Notes under the pieces: generated by a model
The model's database searches: none
What the model was told of the DNA's origin: nothing
Seen by the model: only the letters and a program-made list of their open reading frames with translations
Shown: positions 6,976 through 14,807 of the stretch, piece by piece
Position numbering within the stretch: position 1 is the stretch's first letter
Layout: each line of letters starts with the position of its first letter
Made by a program: the position numbers and the translations under genes
NCBI RefSeq assembly: GCF_000284115.1
Contig: NC_017080.1
Coordinates: forward strand, 1,530,001 to 1,562,000
Length of the DNA stretch: 32,000 bases
Origin: Phycisphaera mikurensis NBRC 102666
GTDB taxonomy: Bacteria > Planctomycetota > Phycisphaerae > Phycisphaerales > Phycisphaeraceae
Direction of reading: 5' to 3'

Positions 6976-8454
6976 ATGATCCGCCTCGCCGCCGCTCTTG
7001 CCGCTCTGGTCGCCGGGAACGCGTCGGGCGAGCTGCAGCGGGAGGTCCGGGAGCTGATCGCGTCCGCCGCCCTCGGCGACGCGGTGGCGGGGGTGGTCGT
7101 CGCGGAGCTGACGCCCGGGGGATCCGAGGTGCGGGTCGACCTCAACGGCGACCTCGCCCTGGGCCCCGCGTCGAACATGAAGCTGGTGACCACGGCGGCG
7201 GCGCTGGACCTGCTCGGCGAGGGCTTCGCCTTCGAGACGACGCTCTCGCTGCTGCCGGCGGGAGACCGCGCACCCTCGCTGCTCGTGCGGGGCTCCGGTG
7301 ACCCGGGCTTCGGCGATCCGCCGCTGCTCGAGGCCGCCGGCGAGACGCCGGCGGGCGTGGTCGCCCGCTGGGTGGAGGCGGTGCGGGCGACGGGCCGGAC
7401 CCGCTTCGCGACGCTGCGCATGGACGACGCGATCTTCGACGCGCAGCGGGTGCACCCGGACTGGCCGGCGGACCAGCAGGCGTACTGGTACTGCGCGGAG
7501 GTGGCGGGGATCAACTTCAACGACAACTGCATCGACGTGCGGCGCGAGCCGGGGCCGGAGCCGGGGGCTCCGGCGGTGCTGCACTTCTTTCCTTCGTTCC
7601 CGGGCCTGGCGGCGCAGGCGACGAACGAGACGGTCACCGGCGAGTCCGACACGTTCGACTTCTCCCGCCCCGCCGATCGCAACGCGTTCAGCTTCACCGG
7701 CGTCGTGGACGGGCCCGGCCTCGACTACGCGGCCGTTCACGACCCCGCGCTGTTCTTCGGCCGGCACCTCGCCCACGAGCTGGCGGAGGCGGGCGTCGGG
7801 GTGGGCGAGGTGGTGCGGGGCGGCGCCCCCGCGGGTGTCGTGCCCGAGAGCCTCGGCGTGGTGAGGACGACGCTGGCCGGCGTGCTCGACCGGACCAACC
7901 GCAACTCGCAGAACCTCTTCGCCGAGGCGCTGCTCAAGCGGATGGGCCGCGAGGCGGCCGGGGAGCCGGGCTCCTTCGCCAACGGCTCGGCGGCGGTGCG
8001 GTCCTACCTCGCCCGGGTGCTCCCGGAGGCGGACCTCTCCGGGGTGGTGGTGGCCGACGGCTCGGGGCTGGCGCGGACGAACCGGCTGACCGCGCGGCTG
8101 CTGGTGGGGCTGCTCGACCGCGTCACGCGGCTGCCGCCGGCGGAGGCGCGGACCTACCGGGAGTCGCTCGCGGAGCTGGGCCGGAGCGGGACGCTGCGCC
8201 ACCGCGGCGAGGGTGTGCGGACGGCCCGGGTGTTCGCGAAGACGGGCACGATCTCGGGCGTCTCGGCGCTCTCGGGCTACCTGGTGACGCCGGCGACGGA
8301 AGAGGCGGCGGAGCGGGTCCACGCGTTCTCAATGCTGTTCAACGGATTCGCCCCGCCGGTGAGCACCCGGGACGTGCGGCGGGTGCAGGACGAGGTGCTG
8401 GCGCTGCTGGACCGCCGCCTGGCCCCGGCGGCGACGCCGGCGGAGTCGCCGTGA
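6976..8454 (+). CDS. dacB: D-alanyl-D-alanine carboxypeptidase/endopeptidase (PBP4, peptidase S13)
   Basis: SxxK is present in GPASNMKLVTTAAAL and KTG in VFAKTGTISGVSALSGY. DGSGLARTNRLT, NRNSQNLFAEALLK and the N-terminal signal are typical of the PBP4 family. Confidence 0.85.
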   Translation: MIRLAAALAALVAGNASGELQREVRELIASAALGDAVAGVVVAELTPGGSEVRVDLNGDLALGPASNMKLVTTAAALDLLGEGFAFETTLSLLPAGDRAPSLLVRGSGDPGFGDPPLLEAAGETPAGVVARWVEAVRATGRTRFATLRMDDAIFDAQRVHPDWPADQQAYWYCAEVAGINFNDNCIDVRREPGPEPGAPAVLHFFPSFPGLAAQATNETVTGESDTFDFSRPADRNAFSFTGVVDGPGLDYAAVHDPALFFGRHLAHELAEAGVGVGEVVRGGAPAGVVPESLGVVRTTLAGVLDRTNRNSQNLFAEALLKRMGREAAGEPGSFANGSAAVRSYLARVLPEADLSGVVVADGSGLARTNRLTARLLVGLLDRVTRLPPAEARTYRESLAELGRSGTLRHRGEGVRTARVFAKTGTISGVSALSGYLVTPATEEAAERVHAFSMLFNGFAPPVSTRDVRRVQDEVLALLDRRLAPAATPAESP

Positions 8455-9572
8455 GGCGGCGTGCGCTGCTCGGCCGCGCGGCGGCGTTGGCGGCCGCCGC
8501 GACGCTGCCCCCCGGCTGCCGGACCGCGACGCTGCGCGGCGGTCCGCCGGTGCCGCGTGGCCTGCACCCCGCCCCGTCGCTGGACGAGCCGGTGTTCCTG
8601 GGCAGCCGGGTGGGGCTGCGGCCGTGGCGGGCCGGCGGCTTCCGGGTCGAGGCGGACCGCCGCGGCACCAAGCCGCTGGTGCACAACTACGGGCACGGCG
8701 GGGCGGGCTGGACGCTGGCCTGGGGGTCGGCGGTGGAGGCGGCGGACCTGCTGGGCACGCCGCGCGCCGTGACGGTGCTGGGCGCGGGCATCGTGGGGCT
8801 GACCACGGCGGCCGTGCTGGCCGAGCGTGGCTTCCGCGTCGCGGTGGCGGCGGCCGAACGCGGCACCGGGGCGACGGCCTCCGCGGCGGCGGGGGCGCAG
8901 TTCGCGCCGGCGGGGGTGGTGCCGCCGGCGGGGCCCGCGGGGGCGGCCCGGCTCGGGCGGATGCTGCTCGAGGGGCACCGGCGCTTCACGCGGACGCTGC
9001 CGTCGCTGGCGGGCGCGGTGCTGCCGCGGGTGAACTACAGCACGCGTCCGCCGGAGCGGATCGCGCTGGGCCGGCTGCCGGTTTCGATCAGCCGCGCCCG
9101 GCCGGTGAGCCCGATGCCGATCCGGCGGCGGGGCGGGCCGCTGGACGGCTGGGCCTACGACACGCTGTGCATCGAGCCGCCGGCTTACCTCCACGGGCTG
9201 CGCGGCCACCTGCAGGGGCAGGGCGTCCGCTTCGAGCACCGGCGGGTGCGGGGGCGGCTGGACCTCGGCGAGATCCCCGGCGAGGCGGTGGTGCTGTGCC
9301 TGGGCGTTGGCGCGCGCGAGGCCGCCGGGGACCCCGCCGTGGTCCCGATCCGCGGGCAGATCGAGTGCCTGGCCCCGCCGCCCGGCGGCGGGCTGCGGTA
9401 CATGCTCAGCGATCGCGGCTACGCCTTCGGCCGGCGCGACTGCACGGTGCTCGGCGGGACGTACGACCGGGGCGACGAGGGGCTGGCGTTCCGCGCGGCG
9501 GACCGGGCGGCGACGCTGGCGAAGGCGCGCCGCTTCTTCGGCACGCCCGACGCCGCCTCGCTGCCGCGCTGA
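8451..9572 (+). CDS. FAD-dependent D-amino-acid-oxidase-like protein, circularly permuted, with a Tat-like signal
   Basis: The GTG at 8451 overlaps the dacB stop (GTGA). MRRRALLGRAAALAAAATLPPGC looks like a twin-arginine signal. The DAAO C-terminal signature VGLRPWR...LVHNYGHGGAGWTLAWGSA comes before the N-terminal Rossmann motif VTVLGAGIVGLTTA. Later DAAO-like blocks are VVPIRGQIECL and CTVLGGTYD. Confidence 0.8.
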   Translation: MRRRALLGRAAALAAAATLPPGCRTATLRGGPPVPRGLHPAPSLDEPVFLGSRVGLRPWRAGGFRVEADRRGTKPLVHNYGHGGAGWTLAWGSAVEAADLLGTPRAVTVLGAGIVGLTTAAVLAERGFRVAVAAAERGTGATASAAAGAQFAPAGVVPPAGPAGAARLGRMLLEGHRRFTRTLPSLAGAVLPRVNYSTRPPERIALGRLPVSISRARPVSPMPIRRRGGPLDGWAYDTLCIEPPAYLHGLRGHLQGQGVRFEHRRVRGRLDLGEIPGEAVVLCLGVGAREAAGDPAVVPIRGQIECLAPPPGGGLRYMLSDRGYAFGRRDCTVLGGTYDRGDEGLAFRAADRAATLAKARRFFGTPDAASLPR

Positions 9573-9734
9573 GCCCCGGCCGCGATGAAGCGGCCGGGGT
9601 CCCGGCCCTCGGCGACCGCCGGCGGCGCGGACCGGCCGGCGCCGCTTCCGCGTCATGCCGCGGGCAGCCACGTCGCGGACGTCCGGAGGGCGTGGCTCCG
9701 TGATCCGATGGGATGCTCTAATCTTCTAGAACAG

Positions 9735-11120
9735 ATGATCGGAGCGCAAGATTCGAAACCGGAATCCGGGGACTGGAACTGGGAACGGCAGCCCGCCGCG
9801 GCGACGCTGCTCGCCGGCTGGCTGGAGGCGGCGCAGGCGGCGAACCCGTGGCTCCGCGACTTCGCGGAGCGCCTCCACGCCGAGAGCGGGAACCGCCTGG
9901 CGGACCTCGTCGACCTCTGGTCGCGGCCGGACACGCCCGACGCGCGGCTCGCCATCGAGCGGGCGGGGTACCGCCCGCTGGAAGCCGCCGCCGGCGGCCA
10001 CCTCTTCCACCACCCCCGGGGGATGTTCCCCCGCGTGCTGCTGCACCCGCGCGCGGGCGTCGCCGTGGACCTCCGGGTGGAGAGCTGCGCCGACTTCGGC
10101 TCCGCCCACGGCCTGAGCGCCGCGATCGAGGGCGTCCCGGGCGCGCCGCTGCGGCGGCTGGCGGTCTACACCGCGGGCGGCGTCGCCGTGCGGGCGGCGC
10201 GCCGGCGGGGCAGCCTGGCGGCCGTGATCACCGGGGGCCCCTGCGAGCCGACGCTGACCGACCAGGCCCTCGTGCTCGAGTCCTTCCGCGGCCGGCCCCG
10301 GCGGTTCGCCGACGAGGCGGCCGGCTTCGACGAGCTCGCCGAGCGGGTGGACGCCGCCGTCGCGCGCGTGGGTCGCGACGTCGCGTGCTCGCTGTTCTTC
10401 GCCGCGGAGCGGGATTTCTGGGAGAGGCGGAACGCCGCCGCCCGCTGGCAGGCGAGCCGGCAGGCTGCGCTGGGCATCGGGTGGGCGAACCACGACCACC
10501 ACACCTACCGCTCGTCGCGGGTCCACTTCCACCGCCTGGTCGCGCTCTTCGAGAAGCTCGGCTTCCACTGCCGCGAGCGCTTCTCGCCGGGCGCCGCCGC
10601 CGGCTGGGGGGCACAGGTGATGGAGCAGCCGGTGTGCGGCATCGTCACCTTCAACGACGTCGACCTCTCGCCGGCGGAGCTGCGGACCGACTTCGCCCAC
10701 ACGCCGCTCGGGGAGCGCGACACGCTGGCGACGGTGGGCCTGTGGTGCGGGCTCCACGGCGAGTCCATCCTCCAAGCCGGCATGCACCACCTCGAGTGCA
10801 CCTTCGACTTCGGCGAGCTGCGCGAGCAGATGGCCTCCGGCGGGATCGAGACGATGCGGCCCTTCACCGACTTCGACCACCTCAAGCAGGCCTTCACGCG
10901 CGGCGAGCTCTGGCAGGTGGAGGAGGGGCGGCTGAACCGGCTGGTCGACGCGGGGAGGATCAGCGGGGCCGAGGCGGAGGCCTTCCGCCGCGACGGCGCG
11001 ATCGGCAGCCACCTGGAGAACCTCGAGCGGAACGAGGGTTTCAAGGGCTTCAACCAGCGCGGCGTCACCGAGGTGATCCACGCGACCGACCCGCGGCGCC
11101 AGCCGTCCTCGCCCGCGTAG
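9735..11120 (+). CDS. Conserved hypothetical protein, possibly a VOC/HPPD-like (DUF1338-type) metalloenzyme
   Basis: The long ORF has strong GC3 bias. I prefer the ATG at 9735 because the preceding 60 nt are unusually AT-rich and contain TAATCT and TTCTAGAA; in-frame alternatives are 9585 and 9708. Motifs NHDHHTYRS (H-x-T-x-R), MHHLECTFD and SHLENLERNEGFKGFNQRGV resemble VOC-superfamily metal-ligand motifs. This assignment is weak. Confidence 0.6.
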   Translation: MIGAQDSKPESGDWNWERQPAAATLLAGWLEAAQAANPWLRDFAERLHAESGNRLADLVDLWSRPDTPDARLAIERAGYRPLEAAAGGHLFHHPRGMFPRVLLHPRAGVAVDLRVESCADFGSAHGLSAAIEGVPGAPLRRLAVYTAGGVAVRAARRRGSLAAVITGGPCEPTLTDQALVLESFRGRPRRFADEAAGFDELAERVDAAVARVGRDVACSLFFAAERDFWERRNAAARWQASRQAALGIGWANHDHHTYRSSRVHFHRLVALFEKLGFHCRERFSPGAAAGWGAQVMEQPVCGIVTFNDVDLSPAELRTDFAHTPLGERDTLATVGLWCGLHGESILQAGMHHLECTFDFGELREQMASGGIETMRPFTDFDHLKQAFTRGELWQVEEGRLNRLVDAGRISGAEAEAFRRDGAIGSHLENLERNEGFKGFNQRGVTEVIHATDPRRQPSSPA

Positions 11121-11166
11121 CCCCGGCGGCCGCCGGTCGCCCCTCCGCCGCCCGACCCCGCCCGCC

Positions 11167-12225
11167 ATGCGTCGCCCCGCACCGCTCCCGATCCCGCTCC
11201 TGACCGCCCTCGCCGCCGCCCTGGCGGCCGGGTGCTCCTCCGCTCCGCCGCCGCCGGATCCCGGGCTCACGCGCACGCCCGCGACCGCGAGTGCGCCCGC
11301 GCCCGCCGACGCCGCGACGCTGGCCGAGCGACTCGCGTACGGGTCCCGGACCCGCACGAAGCTGCCGCCGGCGTACCTGCACGAGCGTCTGCGGGAGCGG
11401 GCGGCGACGCCGGCGGTGGACGCGGCCTTCGAGCGCGTCCGCGCGGACGACACGCCGGCCAACCGGTCGGCGCTGCTGCACGCCCTCGAGCGGGGCTTCG
11501 TCCACGCCGAGACGACCTCCTCGCTGGACCTGCTCGGCCCGGAGCTCGGGCAGCGCTTCCGGTCTTTCAACTGGCACGACGACGACTACCCCGGCGGGCC
11601 GGTGGGCCCGAACGAGCACTGGGCCGGGACGCTCGCCGACGCGCTCGACGGCGTCAGCCCCGAGCGGCGGGCGAACCGCTCCGCGGTGGCGGCTCTCCGG
11701 CGGGAGGAGGCGACGGAGCCGATCTGGGAACGCCTGCTCGCGGCTTGGCGGCCGATCCCCGGCGAGGAGGGCCACCGGCTGAACCGGCACGCCGTCGGCC
11801 CGTACCTCGCGATGCGGGAGGCCGCGGCGGCCGACGGCGTCGAGCTGGTGATCGTCTCGGCCCACCGCGACCCCCGGCGTGCCCGGGCCAACGCCGCCAG
11901 GGCCGCGAATCCCTTCGCCGTCGCCAGCTTCTCCTCGCACGCGCTCGGGCTCGCCATCGACCTCGCGCTCCCGATTCCCGGCGGCCCGGCCGGCGATGCG
12001 GCGGCGTTCCCGCTGTCCACCCGGCCGATGGCCCGGGTGGTCGACATGCGGCGGTCGCCGGTGCACAAGTGGATGCACCTGCACGCCAGCGGCTTCGGCT
12101 GGTACCCGTACCAGCACGAGCCCTGGCACTGGGAGTACAACCCGCCGGGCTTCCGGGCGGTGCTTCTTGAGGATCTCGGGGGCGGGCCGTCGCCGCGTGG
12201 AGCGCCACCGGCGTCGCCCGGTTGA
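11167..12225 (+). CDS. Lipoprotein with VanY/peptidase M15B D-Ala-D-Ala carboxypeptidase domain
   Basis: Lipobox LAAGC follows MRRPAPLPIPLLTALAAALAAGC. M15 motifs are VIVSAHRD, SSHALGLAIDL (SxHxxGxAxD) and GFGWYPYQHEPWHWEY. Confidence 0.8.
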   Translation: MRRPAPLPIPLLTALAAALAAGCSSAPPPPDPGLTRTPATASAPAPADAATLAERLAYGSRTRTKLPPAYLHERLRERAATPAVDAAFERVRADDTPANRSALLHALERGFVHAETTSSLDLLGPELGQRFRSFNWHDDDYPGGPVGPNEHWAGTLADALDGVSPERRANRSAVAALRREEATEPIWERLLAAWRPIPGEEGHRLNRHAVGPYLAMREAAAADGVELVIVSAHRDPRRARANAARAANPFAVASFSSHALGLAIDLALPIPGGPAGDAAAFPLSTRPMARVVDMRRSPVHKWMHLHASGFGWYPYQHEPWHWEYNPPGFRAVLLEDLGGGPSPRGAPPASPG

Positions 12226-12246
12226 GCGACCCGGCGGCGTCGCTCA
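12223..12246. terminator. Hairpin spanning both stop codons of convergent genes
   Basis: TGAGCGAC (12223-12230) pairs with GTCGCTCA (12239-12246) across an 8-nt loop. The TGA of the VanY-like gene pairs with the TCA (the TGA on the other strand) of the TIM-barrel gene. There is no T-tract. Confidence 0.35.
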
Positions 12247-13062
12247 CGCGGGGCGCATGAGCGGGCGCAGCTCCGCCGCGCCGGCACGCAGGTCGTCCAC
12301 GCGCGCGTCGCCGGCCTCCCGCTCCAGGATCAGCTCGCCGTCGTAGCCGCCGCCCCGCAGGATCTCGAGGAAGGCCGCCCAGTCGACCGCCCCCTCGCCG
12401 ACGGGCACCTCGGTGCCCCAGGTCCCCGGTTCGGCGGCCGGCACGGCGTCCTTCGCGTGCGCCTGCTTCACCCGCGGCAGCAGCGTCCGCAGCGCCGCGA
12501 GCGGGTCGCCCATGCCGTAGAGGATCATGTTCGCCGGGTCGAAGTTGAGGAAGAGGTTCGGCCGGTCGGCCGCGTCGAGGAAGCGGTCGAGCGTGGCGGC
12601 GTCCTCCTGCCCGGTCTCCAGCAGCAGGTCGAGCCCGCGGTCGGCGAAGAGGTCCGCCACCGCGCCGGTGCGTCGCGTCAGCGGGTGGTCCGCGGCGTCG
12701 GCGGCGTCGTGGGGCAGGAAGCCGGCGTGCAGGCTGACCGAGGGGAGGCCCAGCCCGGCGGCGAGGTCGGCGACGCGGGCGGCGGTGTCGCGGTTGTGCT
12801 CCCAGTGCTCGTCGGGCAGCAGCCCGCCGGTGACGCGGATCGTGTCGAGGGTGCTGTAGTCCTCGCCGCGGGTCTGCATCATCCCCGAGACGAGCTCGAC
12901 GCCCCCCTCGCGGAGGGCGGCGGGGGCGTCGGCCCACGCGGGATCCTCGGCGACGTCGTCCAGCCGCAGCTGGACGCGCGGGATCCCGGTCGCCCGGACC
13001 TTCTCGACGAGGTCGGCGGGGGAGGTCGCCTGGAGGCTCCAGCTGCAGATGGCGAGGCGCAT
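12244..13062 (-). CDS. Sugar phosphate isomerase/epimerase (xylose-isomerase-like TIM barrel)
   Basis: ATG at 13062 gives MRLAICSWSL..., 272 aa. Family-typical blocks are VSLHAGF, LLLETGQE, FLNFDPANMILYG and DGELILERE. The upstream part of the track ORF (to 13560) is rejected. Confidence 0.8.
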   Translation of the reverse strand: MRLAICSWSLQATSPADLVEKVRATGIPRVQLRLDDVAEDPAWADAPAALREGGVELVSGMMQTRGEDYSTLDTIRVTGGLLPDEHWEHNRDTAARVADLAAGLGLPSVSLHAGFLPHDAADAADHPLTRRTGAVADLFADRGLDLLLETGQEDAATLDRFLDAADRPNLFLNFDPANMILYGMGDPLAALRTLLPRVKQAHAKDAVPAAEPGTWGTEVPVGEGAVDWAAFLEILRGGGYDGELILEREAGDARVDDLRAGAAELRPLMRPA

Positions 13063-13068
13063 CGTGCC

Positions 13069-13074
13069 GTTATA
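13069..13074 (-). promoter_or_regulatory. -10-like hexamer TATAAC, 6 nt upstream of the ATG at 13062 (leaderless candidate)
   Basis: The minus strand reads CTTCTATAAC-GGCACG-ATG. Confidence 0.45.
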
Positions 13075-13284
13075 GAAGGTTTCCGCCGGAGGCCCTCGCC
13101 GGGCCGGCTCCGGCCCGGTGGCGTGCTTGTGCCCGGCGGCGACGACGCCGGGCTCCGGCTGCGTGGGGCGCGGCTTCCGCCGCCGGACCCGGCCGTCTCG
13201 GCCACTTCCGCGACAGCCTTTGAACCGGCGAACCCCGCTCTCCACCGGCTCCGCCAGGCGGCCGGAGCGTCCACCTCCCCCGCG

Positions 13285-13290
13285 TACCCT
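13285..13290 (+). promoter_or_regulatory. -10-like hexamer TACCCT, 7 nt upstream of the dnaB GTG (leaderless candidate)
   Basis: The plus strand reads CGCGTACCCT-CCGCCTC-GTG. Confidence 0.4.
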
Positions 13291-13297
13291 CCGCCTC

Positions 13298-14779
13298 GTG
13301 GTCGACTTCGGAAACAGCGAGAGCGGGGGCGGCGGCGACCTCCGGGCGTTCGGCGGGGCGGCCCCGGGGCCGTCGAAGCAGGGCGACGGCTGGAAGGACC
13401 GCAAGAAGAAGCCGCGGACGGTCGACCTCAGCCGCCTGCTGGATCGCCTCCCGCCGCAGGCCATCGAGGCGGAGATGGCGCTCCTGGGCTCGATGATCCT
13501 CGACTGGCGGACCGTCGGCGACGTGGTGCAGGTGCTCGTCGACGCGGAGGTGTTCCACAAGCCCGAGCACCAGTCGATCTACGCCGTGCTCGTCGAGCTC
13601 TACGACAAGCACCAGTCGATCGACATGGTGCAGCTGCATGCCAAGCTGTCCGACCGCGGCGTCCTCGAGCAGGTCGGCGGGCTGGACTACCTCGTCGAGC
13701 TCGGCGAGGCCGTGCCCTCGGCCAGCGGAGCCGTCCGCTACGCGGAGATCGTCCGCGACAAGGCGCTGCTGCGGAAGATGATCCACACGGCGGGCACGAT
13801 CCTCGAGGACTGCCACGGCTGCGACGAGCCGGTGGTGGAGCTGTTCGACAAGATCGAGAGCACCATCTTCGAGATCGCCGAGAAGCGCACGCAGGACGGC
13901 ACGGCCGCGCTGTCGGTCCTGCTGCAGGAGACCTTCGACAAGCTCGAGGCGCAGGACGGCCAGGTCATCACCGGCGTCGAAACCGGCTTCAAAGACCTCG
14001 ACGAGATGACCAACGGCCTCCAGCCCGGCGAGCTGATCATCGTCGCGGCGCGCCCGAGCATGGGCAAGACGGCCTTCGCGCTCAACGTCTCCGAGCACAT
14101 CGGGGCGGTGGCGGGGCGGCCGGTGGGCGTGTTCTCGCTGGAGATGAGCAAGCAGCAGCTGGCCCAGCGGCTGCTGTGCTCGCGGAGCCAGGTCAACTCG
14201 CACCGGCTGCGGCGGAACATGCTCTCGCGGGAGGACTTCTCGAAGCTGAGCCACGCCGTGGGCGAGCTGTCCGAGGCGCCGATCTACATCGACGACACGG
14301 CCGGCCTGACGCTGATGGGCCTGCGGGCGAAGGCTCGGCGGATGAAGCAGCGCTACGGCATCGAGGCGCTGATGGTCGACTACCTGCAGCTGATGAGCAA
14401 CCCCTCGACGAAGGACGGCCGGCAGAACGAGGTGTCCGCGATCTCGCGGGGCGTGAAGGCGCTCGCGCGGGAGCTGGAGTGCCCGATCATCTGCCTGTCG
14501 CAGCTGAACCGGGCGGCGGAGCAGCGCGAGGGGCACCGGCCGCGGATGAGCGACCTGCGCGAGTCCGGCTCCATCGAGCAGGACGCCGACGTCATCATGA
14601 TGCTGCACCGGGAGGACTACTACCACCGTGGCGATCCCGAGCACGTCGACAACAACGAGGCGGAGGTCATCGTCACCAAGCAGCGCAACGGACCGACCGG
14701 CACGGTCAAGCTGATGTTCGACGGCGGGACGACCCGCTTCAAGAACCTGGCGCTCGGCGGCTCGTCGCCGTCGTATTGA
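13298..14779 (+). CDS. dnaB: Replicative DNA helicase DnaB
   Basis: LPPQAIEAEMALLGSMIL is the DnaB N-terminal domain. Walker A is ARPSMGKTAF and Walker B is LMVDYLQLM. SQLNRAAEQREGHRPRMSDLRESGSIEQDADVIMMLHRE is also present. The start was set at the GTG at 13298; the 13118 ATG adds a junk-like Arg/Pro N-terminus. Confidence 0.9.
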   Translation: MVDFGNSESGGGGDLRAFGGAAPGPSKQGDGWKDRKKKPRTVDLSRLLDRLPPQAIEAEMALLGSMILDWRTVGDVVQVLVDAEVFHKPEHQSIYAVLVELYDKHQSIDMVQLHAKLSDRGVLEQVGGLDYLVELGEAVPSASGAVRYAEIVRDKALLRKMIHTAGTILEDCHGCDEPVVELFDKIESTIFEIAEKRTQDGTAALSVLLQETFDKLEAQDGQVITGVETGFKDLDEMTNGLQPGELIIVAARPSMGKTAFALNVSEHIGAVAGRPVGVFSLEMSKQQLAQRLLCSRSQVNSHRLRRNMLSREDFSKLSHAVGELSEAPIYIDDTAGLTLMGLRAKARRMKQRYGIEALMVDYLQLMSNPSTKDGRQNEVSAISRGVKALARELECPIICLSQLNRAAEQREGHRPRMSDLRESGSIEQDADVIMMLHREDYYHRGDPEHVDNNEAEVIVTKQRNGPTGTVKLMFDGGTTRFKNLALGGSSPSY

Positions 14780-14787
14780 GGTTCGCC

Positions 14788-14802
14788 GCCCGCGCAGCGG
14801 GC
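14788..14802. terminator. Short GC hairpin between convergent dnaB and queA
   Basis: GCCCGC-GCA-GCGGGC lies within the 28-bp gap. There is no T-tract. Confidence 0.3.
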
Positions 14803-14807
14803 ATCCT

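Noticed and set aside
6922-8322. N-terminal 467 residues of the 813-aa ORF containing the amidase
   Set aside because: This part is antisense to dacB. The amidase has its own ATG at 6921 followed by a signal peptide. The upstream part is low-complexity.
8521-8548. 8-bp inverted repeat CGGACCGC...GCGGTCCG inside the oxidase signal-peptide coding region
   Set aside because: It is short and lies within a well-supported CDS. It resembles family X only partially, so I treated it as coincidental.
13118-13297. 60-codon N-terminal extension of dnaB from the ATG at 13118
   Set aside because: The extension is Arg/Pro-rich and junk-like. The GTG at 13298 is preceded by TACCCT at the leaderless spacing seen at nine other genes.
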